From assembly GCA_963667725.2 (NCBI GenBank), contig CAXXHO010000005.1, forward strand, positions 832,001-896,000: a stretch of 64,000 nucleotides of DNA, read 5' to 3'. This stretch comes from Treponemataceae bacterium. Lineage in GTDB: Bacteria; Spirochaetota; Spirochaetia; Treponematales; Rectinemataceae. Under the pieces are notes generated by a model. The model worked only from the letters and a program-made list of their open reading frames with translations. It did no database searches and was not told the origin of the DNA. The translations under genes were made by a program, and so were the position numbers. Positions 30,434 through 44,524 of the stretch are shown piece after piece (positions within the stretch are counted from its first letter, which is position 1; each line of letters starts with the position of its first letter).

Positions 30434-31951
30434 TTACTTGGACTCGCTTTCCCTGGCTTCCCTCAGAAGTTTTTGGATGGAGGCGTCGAAAGAAGGGTCG
30501 AATTTCACCATCTGCTCGATCTTCTGGCATGAGTGCATCACCGTCGTATGGTCTCTGCCGCCGAACTCCACCCCGATCTCCGTCGTGGAGTACTCAGTTA
30601 CTTCCCTGATGACGAACATGGCCACCTGGCGGGCGAGGGCGATGTTCTTGCTGCGCTTCTTGCCTTTCAGGTCGGAAAGCGAAAGTTTGAAGAAATCCGC
30701 CACCATTCTTATGATGGAATCTACGGTTATGGCGGAATGCCGGTTGGTGTTGAACATTTCCTTGAGGAGATTCCTGGCGATGTCGACGGTGAGGTCCTTA
30801 TGGACGAGGTCGGCATAGGCCGTCAGCTTCACTAGGCAGCCTTCGAGATCGCGCACGTTCGAAGAGACATTGTTGGCGATGAGATCTATGACCTCGTCGG
30901 CCACGTTGACGCTTTTTCCCGATTGGATGAGCTTCTGCTTGAGAATGGCTACCCTCGTTTCGTACATGGGCGGCTGCACGTCGACGATCAGTCCCTTGTC
31001 GAAGCGGCTTTTCAGCCGGTCCGAAAAGTCCTTCAGTTCCTTTACGTGACGATCCAGGGTGAAAACCATCTGCCGCTCGGAATCGTAGAGGGCGTTGAAG
31101 GTATGGAAGAGTTCCTCCTGGACGCCGGGCTTGTTCTGGAAAAAATGTATGTCGTCGATGAGGAGGACGTCGGCGTTGCGGTACTTGTTCTTGAACTCAT
31201 GGGTGGAACGGTCGTGTATCATCTGGATGAATTCGTTGGTGAATTCCTCGGCGGTTATGCAGATGACCCTCTTTTCAGGGACGTTCCTGAAAACATAATT
31301 GCCGATGGCATGCATGAGGTGGGTCTTGCCCAAACCGACGCCGCCGTAGATGAGGAGGGGATTGTAGACCCTGGCGGGGCTCTTGGCCACGGCTTCCGAG
31401 GCGTTGAAGGTAAAGCGGTTGTTGTCGCCCACGATAAAATTCTCGAACTTGTAGTCCTGCCGCAGTGAGGGGTGATTTCTGGGCCTGTTGTCGACCGCGA
31501 TACCCTGTTCCTTCTGCTGTTTTCGGCCGGGAACATCGTAATAAAGGGTCGTCTTGGGCGCCGCTGACCCTTCCGCCTCCGAAGGCGCTGGTTTTTCGGC
31601 GGGGGATGCGAGGATTTTCGCGGCCTCCGTCGCGGCCGAGGCCGTTGACGCTGCCGTTGTCGTTGCCTCTGCCGTGATGGGGCGCGTCTTCGATTCCATC
31701 GCTTTTTCGGCGCTTACCTCCAGCCTCAGATCCAGGGCGGTAAGCTCCCTGATAATATTCTGCATGAAGGAATGGTATTTTCTATTGAACTGGTCGCGGA
31801 GGAAGGAGTTGGGGGCGTTGACTGCCAGGGTTCCTTCGGCGAGCGCTTTATAGGAGAGCCGGAACCACATAAGGTACTCTTGTTCCGGTATGTCTTTGCG
31901 CGCGATTTCCAGCGCCTCGCTCCATATAGCGGAGCCATCGAAGTCTGCCAT
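30434..31951 (-). CDS. dnaA: Chromosomal replication initiator DnaA
   Basis: YNPLLIYGGVGLGKTHL, LLIDDI, NVRDLEG, FGGRDHTTV. Confidence 0.98.
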   Translation of the reverse strand: MADFDGSAIWSEALEIARKDIPEQEYLMWFRLSYKALAEGTLAVNAPNSFLRDQFNRKYHSFMQNIIRELTALDLRLEVSAEKAMESKTRPITAEATTTAASTASAATEAAKILASPAEKPAPSEAEGSAAPKTTLYYDVPGRKQQKEQGIAVDNRPRNHPSLRQDYKFENFIVGDNNRFTFNASEAVAKSPARVYNPLLIYGGVGLGKTHLMHAIGNYVFRNVPEKRVICITAEEFTNEFIQMIHDRSTHEFKNKYRNADVLLIDDIHFFQNKPGVQEELFHTFNALYDSERQMVFTLDRHVKELKDFSDRLKSRFDKGLIVDVQPPMYETRVAILKQKLIQSGKSVNVADEVIDLIANNVSSNVRDLEGCLVKLTAYADLVHKDLTVDIARNLLKEMFNTNRHSAITVDSIIRMVADFFKLSLSDLKGKKRSKNIALARQVAMFVIREVTEYSTTEIGVEFGGRDHTTVMHSCQKIEQMVKFDPSFDASIQKLLREARESESK

Positions 31952-31984
31952 TCATTCCTCTGTGATTATTTTTTATTAAACAGG

Positions 31985-32256
31985 GTATCCACAAGTTTTC
32001 CACAAGTAGCGTATATATCTTTATAGTCAGCTTTGGGATTTCCGCAATAGGGAAAGTCATCAAAAGCACGAAAAAAACGCTTTTTTTGTATAGTAAACAG
32101 TGCGTTAAAATAGTATAAAATATTTTAATATAACAAGATAATAGTCGTCGCCCATCGTTGTTGGCCGAAATTTGAAAAGAAGGCGTAAAATTAAAAAAGG
32201 AAGGCTTTTCTCCGATACGCACATCTTCTGAACGAGTTATCCACAGTTTGTGCACA
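31985..32256. promoter_or_regulatory. DnaA-box cluster upstream of dnaA (second part of oriC; dnaA/gyrB promoter region)
   Basis: GTATCCACA 31985, TTTTCCACA 31996, TTATCCACA 32237, TTGTGCACA 32248 in an AT-rich intergenic region. Confidence 0.8.
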
Positions 32257-32398
32257 ATCTCGCTCAGTCGATCTTGGGATAGGGGAAAAGAGGTCGCGAT
32301 CGCTTTACTATTATTGTTTCAATCGATATAATGATCCCGTTCAGGGACGAATGGTTTTTCCTTGGGTTAAAGGCAAAACCCTCTGTATACAACAATAA

Positions 32399-34330
<1,932 letters not shown>

Positions 34331-34342
34331 GAAAGCGATAAA

Positions 34343-36922
34343 ATGGCAGAAACTGGAAGATTGATATCAGTCCCGATCGAAGACGAAATGAAGACCGACT
34401 ATCTCACCTACGCGATGTCGGTCATCGTGGCCAGGGCTCTCCCCGACGTCCGCGACGGGCTCAAGCCCGTCCACCGACGCATCCTCTACGCGATGGAAGA
34501 GCTGGGGCTACGCTATAACGCGGCGACGAAAAAATGCGCCCGCATCACCGGCGACGCGATGGGAAAATACCATCCGCACGGCGACTTTTCCCTCTATGAC
34601 GCCCTCGTCCGCATGGCCCAGGATTTTTCGCTGCGCTATCCCCTCGTCTACGGCCAGGGCAACTTCGGCTCCATCGACGGCGATCCGCCCGCGGCCAGCC
34701 GCTATACCGAGGCCAAGCTCTCCCGCCTGGGCGAGGAGATGCTGGCCGATTTGGACAAGGATACCGTAGTCTTCGGCCCCAACTACGATGAGTCGCTAAC
34801 GGAACCGCTCGTCCTGCCTTCGGCCTTTCCCAATCTTCTCGTCAACGGCTCTTCCGGCATCGCCGTCGGCATGGCCACCAACATGGCGCCCCACAACCTT
34901 CTGGAAGTGGGCGAAGCCATCGCCGCCTATATAGAAAATCCCGACATAGATCTCGAAGGCCTGATGAGGCACATAAAAGGCCCCGACTTTCCCACTGGCG
35001 GCATCATCTTCGGTCGGGAGGGCATCAGGGACGCCTATACGACGGGGCGGGGCAAGATCATCGTCCGCGGCAAGTTCATCATCGAGATGATGAAAAACGG
35101 CAGAGAGCAGATCGTCTTCACCGAAATTCCCTATGCCGTGAACAAGACGACCCTCATCACGCGCATCGCCGATCTCGTGAGGGACAAGATCCTCGACGGG
35201 GTCTCCGACCTCAGGGACGAGAGCGACAGGGACGGTCTGCGCATGGTGCTCGAGCTCAAGAAAGGCGCCATCCCCAAGCTCGTCCTCAACAGGCTTTTTA
35301 CCCATACGGCATTGCAGTCCACCTTCGGCGTCATCAACCTCGCCCTCGTGGACGGAAGACCTAAGTGCTTATCCTTAAAGGAATTAGTTTCATTATTCGT
35401 CAAGCATCGCGTCGACGTGGTTACCCGCAGGTCGCGCTTCGAGCTGAGAAAGGCCGAAGAAAGAGCCCATCTCCTGCGCGGCATGGTCATCGCCCTGCGG
35501 AACATCGACGAGGTCGTGGCCATCATCAAGGCCAGCAAGAACGTGGAAGTGGCCAGACTGGCCCTTCAGCAGCGTTTTGAGCTGAGCGAGGTACAGGCCC
35601 AGGCCATCGTCGACATGAGGCTTGGAAGACTCACCAGTCTTGAAACTGAAAAGATCCTCGCCGAATTGGCCGAAATCGAGGCGAAAATCGCCTATCTCCA
35701 GGAACTGCTCGCCAGCGATGTCTTGATACTGAATGTCGTCAAACAGGAAACCATAGATATCGCGAAGAAATACGGCGACAAGCGCCGTACGGAGATCGTC
35801 GCTTCCAACGTTGAAGCCATCAATATCGAAGATCTGATCAAACCCGAGGAAATGGCCATTCTCATTTCCAACAAGGGTTTCATAAAGAGGGTTTCCGTAC
35901 ATCTCTACAGGTCTCAGGGCCGAGGCGGAAAAGGTTCCAATTCCACGACCCTGCTGGAAGAGGATTTTATAGAACAACTCTTTGTGGCCAATACACATAA
36001 CTATCTTCTCTTCGTCACCAGCGCCGGAAAGGCCTATTGGCTGAAGGTGCACGAAATTCCCGAATCGAGCAGGCAGGCGCGCGGCGCTCACGTGAAGAGC
36101 CTGTTGGCCATCTCCCCCAACGAGGAGATAACGACCATCATCGACTTCAAGGAATTTTCGGACGATCAGTACATCCTCATGGGTACGCTCAGGGGTGTGG
36201 TCAAAAAAGTAGCCTTGAAGGACTTCATAAACGCCAAAACGCGCGGAATTATCGCCATTTATCTCGACGACGGCGATAAACTCGTGTCGGCATGCCTTAC
36301 GAATGGTTCGGACGAAGCCGTCCTCATCACGAGAAACGGCCAGGCCCTGAGAATCCACGAAGAGCAGGTGAGGGTAATGGGACGCGCTTCCCGAGGCGTT
36401 CGCGGCATCATGCTCGCCGACAGCGACGAGTTGACGGCCATGCTTCGCGTAAACGACGAAGAGCTGATGCTTCTTTCCACCACCAACGGCTACGGGAAAC
36501 GCGTGGCCTACGACAACTTCTCCAGCCATGGGCGCGGAACGAGAGGCCAGATGATCTACGTTCCGGACGATGTTTCGGGCGAAGTGGTCGGCGCCGTCTC
36601 CATTTCCGAACAAGACGAGGCCATGATAATCACTTCGATGGGCAAAACCATCAAAATCGAGGCGGAAACGGTCAGAATCCTGGGCAAGGGAGCGCGAGGC
36701 GTGCGAATCGTCAACATCAACGCCCCGGATTACGTCATTGGGCTTGATAAGGTCGTGATGGACGAAAGCGAAAAGATAGCCAACGCCGGTTCATTGACTG
36801 ATGTCCTGGCTGATGCGTCGATTGGCGGCACGAGCGATATCGGAATTGAAGTTCTCAACGACGATGAAGAAGCCGAGGGTTCTGTCCGGCCAACCGAAGA
36901 ATCGGAGAATGATGAAAACTGA
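34343..36922 (+). CDS. gyrA: DNA gyrase subunit A
   Basis: [27 protein letters not shown], GyrA-box QGRGGKG, acidic tail. Confidence 0.97.
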   Translation: MAETGRLISVPIEDEMKTDYLTYAMSVIVARALPDVRDGLKPVHRRILYAMEELGLRYNAATKKCARITGDAMGKYHPHGDFSLYDALVRMAQDFSLRYPLVYGQGNFGSIDGDPPAASRYTEAKLSRLGEEMLADLDKDTVVFGPNYDESLTEPLVLPSAFPNLLVNGSSGIAVGMATNMAPHNLLEVGEAIAAYIENPDIDLEGLMRHIKGPDFPTGGIIFGREGIRDAYTTGRGKIIVRGKFIIEMMKNGREQIVFTEIPYAVNKTTLITRIADLVRDKILDGVSDLRDESDRDGLRMVLELKKGAIPKLVLNRLFTHTALQSTFGVINLALVDGRPKCLSLKELVSLFVKHRVDVVTRRSRFELRKAEERAHLLRGMVIALRNIDEVVAIIKASKNVEVARLALQQRFELSEVQAQAIVDMRLGRLTSLETEKILAELAEIEAKIAYLQELLASDVLILNVVKQETIDIAKKYGDKRRTEIVASNVEAINIEDLIKPEEMAILISNKGFIKRVSVHLYRSQGRGGKGSNSTTLLEEDFIEQLFVANTHNYLLFVTSAGKAYWLKVHEIPESSRQARGAHVKSLLAISPNEEITTIIDFKEFSDDQYILMGTLRGVVKKVALKDFINAKTRGIIAIYLDDGDKLVSACLTNGSDEAVLITRNGQALRIHEEQVRVMGRASRGVRGIMLADSDELTAMLRVNDEELMLLSTTNGYGKRVAYDNFSSHGRGTRGQMIYVPDDVSGEVVGAVSISEQDEAMIITSMGKTIKIEAETVRILGKGARGVRIVNINAPDYVIGLDKVVMDESEKIANAGSLTDVLADASIGGTSDIGIEVLNDDEEAEGSVRPTEESENDEN

Positions 36923-36949
36923 TCTTGATATGATTGCGGCGTAAAGTGG

Positions 36950-36976
36950 GCTCCCGGGAAACCGGGAGCTTTTTTT
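36950..36976 (+). terminator. Intrinsic terminator after gyrA
   Basis: GCTCCCGG-GAAA-CCGGGAGC followed by T7. Confidence 0.85.
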
Positions 36977-36977
36977 A

Positions 36978-36993
36978 TGTTTCACGTGAAACA
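36978..36993. promoter_or_regulatory. parS site 1
   Basis: Perfect TGTTTCACGTGAAACA. Confidence 0.93.
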
Positions 36994-37034
36994 TTATGGC
37001 GGTCGTCCGTGAATCATCTTGCCGTAAAGCCAAG

Positions 37035-37050
37035 TGTTTCACGTGAAACA
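37035..37050. promoter_or_regulatory. parS site 2
   Basis: Perfect TGTTTCACGTGAAACA. Confidence 0.93.
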
Positions 37051-37077
37051 TTCGGAGGGGAAGGATGCTGGCTGGAT

Positions 37078-38208
37078 TCAGAATTTTCTGGAAAGCGAGT
37101 AGTCTATGAATTCCTTGAGGATCCCAAGCTTTTCCGCGTCGAGACCGGCGGTGTGGCGGGAAAGCTCGGCGAGACACTGTTCGGCTTTTTGCGCATAGGC
37201 GGCGGAGAGGGCCCTTACCTTGGTATCGATGCCATGGGCTCTCACAAGGTCCCGTATATGATCGACATCCCGCCTGGAGATATCCTGGTTGCCGAATACC
37301 GCGTAGAATCCCGGCTTTTCCGAGTCTTCGAGAACGTGGGTGAGCAGGATCATAAAAGGAGTTTTCTTGCCTTCTCGTATATCCGACCCCACGGGCTTGC
37401 CAAGCTCTTCCTCGTCGCCGAACAGGCCTAGATAATCGTCCTGAAGCTGAAAAAGAACGCCCAAATTCAGGCCGAGCGCCTCCAGGGCAGGGATCGCGTC
37501 GGATCTTCCGGCGACGAGGGCTCCGGCGCAGAGGGGCAGGCATATCGTGTAACGGGCCGTCTTGTAGGTATAAACCTCGATAGTCTCCTCGAGGGCGGGA
37601 ATTTCCGCGCGGGAGCCGAGGCGCACATCCTTTATCTGCGCGAGGCAGACATCGACGAGTTCGCGAGAAAAGAGTTTTCCCATTTCATAGCCAAAGCTTG
37701 TAATTAATTGCCAGGCAATGAAATAGTAGATATCGCCCGCGCATATTCCGATAGCGGCGCCAAGGTCGGCGGCGCCAAGGTCGGCGGCGCCAAGGTCGGC
37801 GGCGCCAAGGTTGGGGCTGCCTGAACCGGCGGCGCCGACATGCGCCGCTTCGATCCTTTCGAACGTCTTGTGCATGGTGGGTTGGCCGCGCCGCATCTCG
37901 TCCTTGTCCATGATATCGTCGTGGACGAGGAGGCCGGCCTGGAAGAACTCGAGGGCCGCGGCGAGCCTCAGGGCTTTCTCGCGGCGAAGCTCTCTTTCCT
38001 CGGCGCCGGCCGAAAAAAGTTCGGAACTTAGGCATGCCAGAATGCCCCGCAGCATTTTTCCCGAGAGGATATAGTCTTTCATGACGGAAAATATCCGTCC
38101 CGAATCGCCGGAAAAGCCGGCGCAAGCGGAACCGCTCGCGGAAAGCTGTTCCTCAATGGCTTCGGCGATGTCTCCGCGCGTCGCGGAAGAATACTCGGAG
38201 AGTGTCAT
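37078..38208 (-). CDS. Polyprenyl diphosphate synthase
   Basis: GKMLR, HDDIMD..RRG, KTA, FQLQDD, GKPVGSD..EGK. Confidence 0.92.
   Translation of the reverse strand: MTLSEYSSATRGDIAEAIEEQLSASGSACAGFSGDSGRIFSVMKDYILSGKMLRGILACLSSELFSAGAEERELRREKALRLAAALEFFQAGLLVHDDIMDKDEMRRGQPTMHKTFERIEAAHVGAAGSGSPNLGAADLGAADLGAADLGAAIGICAGDIYYFIAWQLITSFGYEMGKLFSRELVDVCLAQIKDVRLGSRAEIPALEETIEVYTYKTARYTICLPLCAGALVAGRSDAIPALEALGLNLGVLFQLQDDYLGLFGDEEELGKPVGSDIREGKKTPFMILLTHVLEDSEKPGFYAVFGNQDISRRDVDHIRDLVRAHGIDTKVRALSAAYAQKAEQCLAELSRHTAGLDAEKLGILKEFIDYSLSRKF
37754..37811. repeat. 15-bp tandem repeat, about 3.9 copies, in frame (LGAAD)
   Basis: GCGGCGCCAAGGTCG at 37754, 37769, 37784 and partial at 37799. Confidence 0.9.
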
Positions 38209-38330
38209 TATGCCCCTTTCGTCATATGTTCTCTCTTTTATAACACGAGTATCCCGAAGGGGACAGGGTTGGCCGCGGTTTTCTACCGCGGAAAACAGAG
38301 GCGGAAGATGAGCGAGCCGATAAAAGCATA

Positions 38331-38362
38331 AAAAGACCTTCAGGCTCGCCTGAAGGTCTTTT
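38331..38362 (-). terminator. Terminator after the sigma factor gene
   Basis: AAAAGACCTTCAGG-CTCG-CCTGAAGGTCTTTT. Confidence 0.8.
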
Positions 38363-38410
38363 GGATTTCGCTTTTAGCGCGGCGCCAGGATTGGCGTCGA
38401 TTCTCGGCTT

Positions 38411-39283
38411 TCAGGCCACGTAGGCTTCGAGCTTCTCCATCACTTCGGGAACGGAAATCTTCTTGAGCGCGGCTTTTTCAATCTGGCGGATCCTCTCCTT
38501 GGTGAGGTGCATCCTGTCGCCGATTTCCTTGAGGCTCATCGGACGTCTTCCGTTGATGCCGAAGCGATATTCAATGACCTGGCGTTCCTTGATGCTCAGC
38601 GTTTCGAGCACCGTGTTCAGGTCGTCCTTTAGGTTCAGCGCGTAAGCGTAGTTTTCGGGGGACTGGTACAGCGTGTTCTCCACGAAGTCGCCCACGACGC
38701 TGGCGTTTCTCTCGTCGTAAACCGGGCTGTCGAGCGAGACGAGATCCCTGGAAACGGCGATGATGTCCGCCACGTGTTCGGGATCCATGTTGAGGTAGGC
38801 GGCGACCTCCCTGATCTCGGCGTCTTCAGAAATGCCCTCAAAACCTTTGCGCGCTTTTTCGATCTGCACGAGTTCGTTGGCGCGGTTGAGGGGGAGGCGG
38901 ATCATCCTGCTCTTCTCGCAGATGGCTTTGAGAATAGCCTGGCGGATCCACCAGACGGCGTAGGAGATGAAGTGGAAACCCTTCGAGACATCGTAGCGTT
39001 CAATCGCGTTCATCAGGCCAATATTTCCTTCGGAGATGAGATCCGAGAGGGGCATGCCCTGATTCTGATACTTTTTGGCGACATTGACGACGAATCGGAG
39101 ATTGGATTTAACCAGCATGTCCTTGGCGAACTTGTCGCCGGCCGCTGCCTTCAGCGCATATTCATTTTCCTTCTCTCTCGAGAGGAGGGGGATCTTATTG
39201 ATTTCCTTGAGATAGATAGAGAGGACGTTTTCGTCTGAATCGCTGGAACTGAACATCATGTTGGAATTACTTCTTTTGCTCAT
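38411..39283 (-). CDS. Sigma-70 family factor lacking region 1.1 (group 2 / RpoS-like)
   Basis: YLKEINKIPLL, NLRFVV.VAKKY, YAVWWIRQAI, RMIRLP, TKERIRQIE; 290 aa. Confidence 0.9.
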   Translation of the reverse strand: MSKRSNSNMMFSSSDSDENVLSIYLKEINKIPLLSREKENEYALKAAAGDKFAKDMLVKSNLRFVVNVAKKYQNQGMPLSDLISEGNIGLMNAIERYDVSKGFHFISYAVWWIRQAILKAICEKSRMIRLPLNRANELVQIEKARKGFEGISEDAEIREVAAYLNMDPEHVADIIAVSRDLVSLDSPVYDERNASVVGDFVENTLYQSPENYAYALNLKDDLNTVLETLSIKERQVIEYRFGINGRRPMSLKEIGDRMHLTKERIRQIEKAALKKISVPEVMEKLEAYVA

Positions 39284-39311
39284 TGTCTTCTCTCCTTGAT
39301 ACTAAGTATAT

Positions 39312-39327
39312 TGCAACATCCGTGCCA
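39312..39327 (-). promoter_or_regulatory. Sigma54 (-24/-12) promoter
   Basis: Minus strand TGGCACGGATGTTGCA fits TGGCACG-N4-TTGCW, 28 nt upstream of the sigma gene ATG. Confidence 0.85.
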
Positions 39328-39565
39328 AAAACCTTCATCTAATAGAAGTATATGACGATATATTGCTATGTTGTTTTGGTATATATATTTATATAGCGCA
39401 GTCAAGCTTATATAAGAGATCGGGTTCAAAGATACGCGGGGCATTATGCGAAGAATTAACCGTCAAACGTGTCAAAATGACATGGTGCTCTCTGCAGAGG
39501 CGAAAACTGTGTGGTTTTGAAACGGTTCTGCTAAAAAACCTAGGGATCCGTACCGCATTTCGGTT

Positions 39566-40240
39566 CTAAAGTTCCCCGAGGCCGTGCACGCGGCCGCAGC
39601 AGCGGCTAAAGGGAAGGCCCGAACCGCAGATGCAGCGCTGCGAGGGGTCGGCTCGCTGTATCTGGTCCCTGCCGAAGCTTGCCTTGATTGTCCGGCGCTG
39701 CCCTTCGTCGAGCCCGAAGCTGGGAAAGCTAGGTTTGAAATGACGAAAGAAAATAAGTTTCTCGCAGCAGTCGTGATGATCGAGGAGAGAACCGGCCTTT
39801 ATGTTTTTCCAGGCGTCTAGGACTATCCTTAAAACCGTCTCGCGCTCCTGGAAGGAATCGAAGCGGCTTCGCGGTTTCCTGGCCAGGTATGAGGCCATCT
39901 GTATATTCGTGAAAGCGTAAAAATCGTCGAGCTCGGCGGTAGGCTGCTTTCGCATGCCGTATCCGTTGATGTTTCGGAGATAGACACGGCGCGCGAAACC
40001 TCTCCTCCTAAGTTTTTGCGCAGAGGAAAGACTCTTTATCGCGAGCTCGCGTTTATCGAGCCTAAAAAGGGCTACCGAAAGCCAGTAAAGCGTTCGGGAC
40101 AATTCCTCGGAACAGGAAGGCGGCGTGGCTTCGACCGCCAGGCGCAGCGTCTCTATCGCTTTATCAGGTCTGTGGAGGGTCAGTTCCCTGAGGCCTTTAC
40201 GGAGCAACTGTGCCTCATTTTGTCTTTCTTGTTTATCCAT
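39566..40240 (-). CDS. TPR-like protein with C-terminal SEC-C zinc motif
   Basis: Helical N-terminus; C-terminal RCICGSGLPFSRCCG; start uncertain (40240 or 40267). Confidence 0.7.
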   Translation of the reverse strand: MDKQERQNEAQLLRKGLRELTLHRPDKAIETLRLAVEATPPSCSEELSRTLYWLSVALFRLDKRELAIKSLSSAQKLRRRGFARRVYLRNINGYGMRKQPTAELDDFYAFTNIQMASYLARKPRSRFDSFQERETVLRIVLDAWKNIKAGSLLDHHDCCEKLIFFRHFKPSFPSFGLDEGQRRTIKASFGRDQIQRADPSQRCICGSGLPFSRCCGRVHGLGEL

Positions 40241-40288
40241 ATATACGCTGCTGATAAAAATATACAAAGGTATTCGCGCGCCGGCAAG

Positions 40289-42517
<2,229 letters not shown>

Positions 42518-42527
42518 GTGAGGGAAA

Positions 42528-43772
42528 TCAGACTTTCTTGAAGATGACGACGGCGTTCTGTCCGCCGAAACCCATGGAATTCTTGATGAAAGCCCTCACC
42601 GGCATGTGGATGCCGACGTTCGGCACGTAATCGAGATCGCATTCGGGATCGGGGTTGTCGTAGTTGATGGTAGCGTGGACGAAATCCTCGTTCATTCCCA
42701 GGATGGAAGCTATGGACTCTATGGCGCCGGCGGCGCCGATGCAGTGGCCGGTCATGGACTTGAGGCTGGAGATCTTGAGCTTGCGGGCGTGGTCGCCGAA
42801 GGCGGCCTTTATCGCCTTGGTCTCTATCGGGTCGTTGAGCGGGGTGGCGGTGCCGTGCGCGCTGACGTAATCGATCTCCTCAGGCCGCATATGGGCGTCG
42901 GCGAGGGCGAGGCTGATGGCGCGCGCCACTCCCCTGCCTTCCGGGTCTGGGGCGGTGATATGGTGGGCGTCGCAGGTCTGGCCGAAACCGACCACCTCGG
43001 CGTAGATCTTGGCGCCGCGCGCCTTGGCGTGCTCATATTCCTCGAGGAGAAGGACGCCGGCGCCCTCGGCCATGACGAAGCCGTCCCTGTCGCGGTCGAA
43101 GGGGCGGGAGGCTTTCTGCGGATCGTCGTTGCGCGTGGAAAGGGCCTGGATGTTGATGAAGGAGGCCATGCACATGCGCACGATGCTCGCCTCGGAGCCG
43201 CCCGAGAAGATCATGTCGGCGTAGTTGTCGCGGATGAGGCGCATGGCCTGACCTATGGCGTCGGTGGCGGCCGCGCAGGCGGTGACGATGCACTGACAGG
43301 GGCCGGTTATGTTGAGCGTGAGGGCTATCTGGGCCGGGCCGAAGTTGGCGAGGCCCTTGGCGACCGTGAGGGGGGGGACGCGGCCCGGCCCTCGTTCGGT
43401 CAGCCGGACCGCCGCTTCCTCTATGCTCGCCGAACCGCCTTGGCCGGTGCCTATGCAGACGCCCGTGCGTTCGGCGTCGAGCGCTTCCTTCGAAAGGCCG
43501 GCGTCCTGGAGGGCCTCGAGGGCAGCATAGACGGCAAACTGGGCGAAACGATCCATTTTTTTCGCCTCTTTGGAGTCCAGGCGCAGGGAGGCGTCGAAAT
43601 TCTTGACTTCGCCGGCAATCTTCACGGCGAGGTCAGAGGATTCGATCATGGTGATGGGGCCGACGCCGGAACGCCCTTCCTTCACCGAAGTCCAAAACGA
43701 GGGAATATCGTTGCCGAGAGGGCTTACGACGCCCAGACCTGTCACTACGACTCTTCTTTGATTCATGGTCAC
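42528..43772 (-). CDS. fabF: Beta-ketoacyl-ACP synthase II
   Basis: RRVVVTGLG, TACA, SRPFD, HGTAT, TGH, GFGG.N. Confidence 0.95.
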   Translation of the reverse strand: MTMNQRRVVVTGLGVVSPLGNDIPSFWTSVKEGRSGVGPITMIESSDLAVKIAGEVKNFDASLRLDSKEAKKMDRFAQFAVYAALEALQDAGLSKEALDAERTGVCIGTGQGGSASIEEAAVRLTERGPGRVPPLTVAKGLANFGPAQIALTLNITGPCQCIVTACAAATDAIGQAMRLIRDNYADMIFSGGSEASIVRMCMASFINIQALSTRNDDPQKASRPFDRDRDGFVMAEGAGVLLLEEYEHAKARGAKIYAEVVGFGQTCDAHHITAPDPEGRGVARAISLALADAHMRPEEIDYVSAHGTATPLNDPIETKAIKAAFGDHARKLKISSLKSMTGHCIGAAGAIESIASILGMNEDFVHATINYDNPDPECDLDYVPNVGIHMPVRAFIKNSMGFGGQNAVVIFKKV

Positions 43773-44506
43773 ATCCCCATTCCGCCGTCGACCTGGAGGA
43801 CGACGCCGGTTACGTATGATGAAAGCGGTGAGCAGAGGAAAAGTGCGGCGTTCGCCGCTTCTTCCGCGCTGCCGACTCTCCCCAGAGGAATGGATTCTTT
43901 CAGTTTCTGCTTGAAATCCTCGGGTATCTTATCAGTCATCGAGGTTTCTATAAAGCCCGGAGCGATGGCGTTGACCCGCAGGTTCCTCGAGGCGACTTCC
44001 CGGGCGAGGCTCTTCGTGAAGCCGATGATGCCCGCCTTGGACGCGGAATAATTGGTCTGGCCGCCGTTGCCCGTGATGCCGACGACGCTGGATACGTTGA
44101 GGATGCAGCCGTCGCGCTGCTTCAGCATGGTCCGGACCACTGCCCTGCAGAGGAGGAAGGCGCTCTTCAGGTTGGTGTCGAGCACGGCGTCCCAATCCTC
44201 GGTTTTCATGCGCATGAGGAGGCCGTCCCGGGTTATGCCCGCGTTGTTTACGAGAATGTCGATCTTGCCTTCCTTGGCGAGAACGGCCGAGACGGCGGCT
44301 TCTATCGATGCCTCGTTCGAGACATCGCAGGAGAGCCAGTAATCCCCGAGGACACCAGCCTCTCCTTTCTCGGATTGGACGGGCGCGCTTCGGGAGAAAA
44401 CGTAGACTTTAGCCCCCTCGGACCGGAACCTGGCGGCTATGGCGGCGCCGATGCCGCGCGAGGCGCCGGTGACGACGCAGATTTTATCGGACAGCAGTTT
44501 TTCCAT
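43769..44506 (-). CDS. fabG: 3-oxoacyl-ACP reductase
   Basis: TGASRGIG, NNAGITRD, YSASK. Confidence 0.95.
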   Translation of the reverse strand: MEKLLSDKICVVTGASRGIGAAIAARFRSEGAKVYVFSRSAPVQSEKGEAGVLGDYWLSCDVSNEASIEAAVSAVLAKEGKIDILVNNAGITRDGLLMRMKTEDWDAVLDTNLKSAFLLCRAVVRTMLKQRDGCILNVSSVVGITGNGGQTNYSASKAGIIGFTKSLAREVASRNLRVNAIAPGFIETSMTDKIPEDFKQKLKESIPLGRVGSAEEAANAALFLCSPLSSYVTGVVLQVDGGMGM

Positions 44507-44524
44507 TGATGCATCCTCCGGAGG

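Noticed and set aside
35845..36922. Separately translated GyrA C-terminal domain like Borrelia Gac (Met at 35852)
   Set aside because: The GAGGA lies only 1 nt from the ATG and no internal promoter is evident
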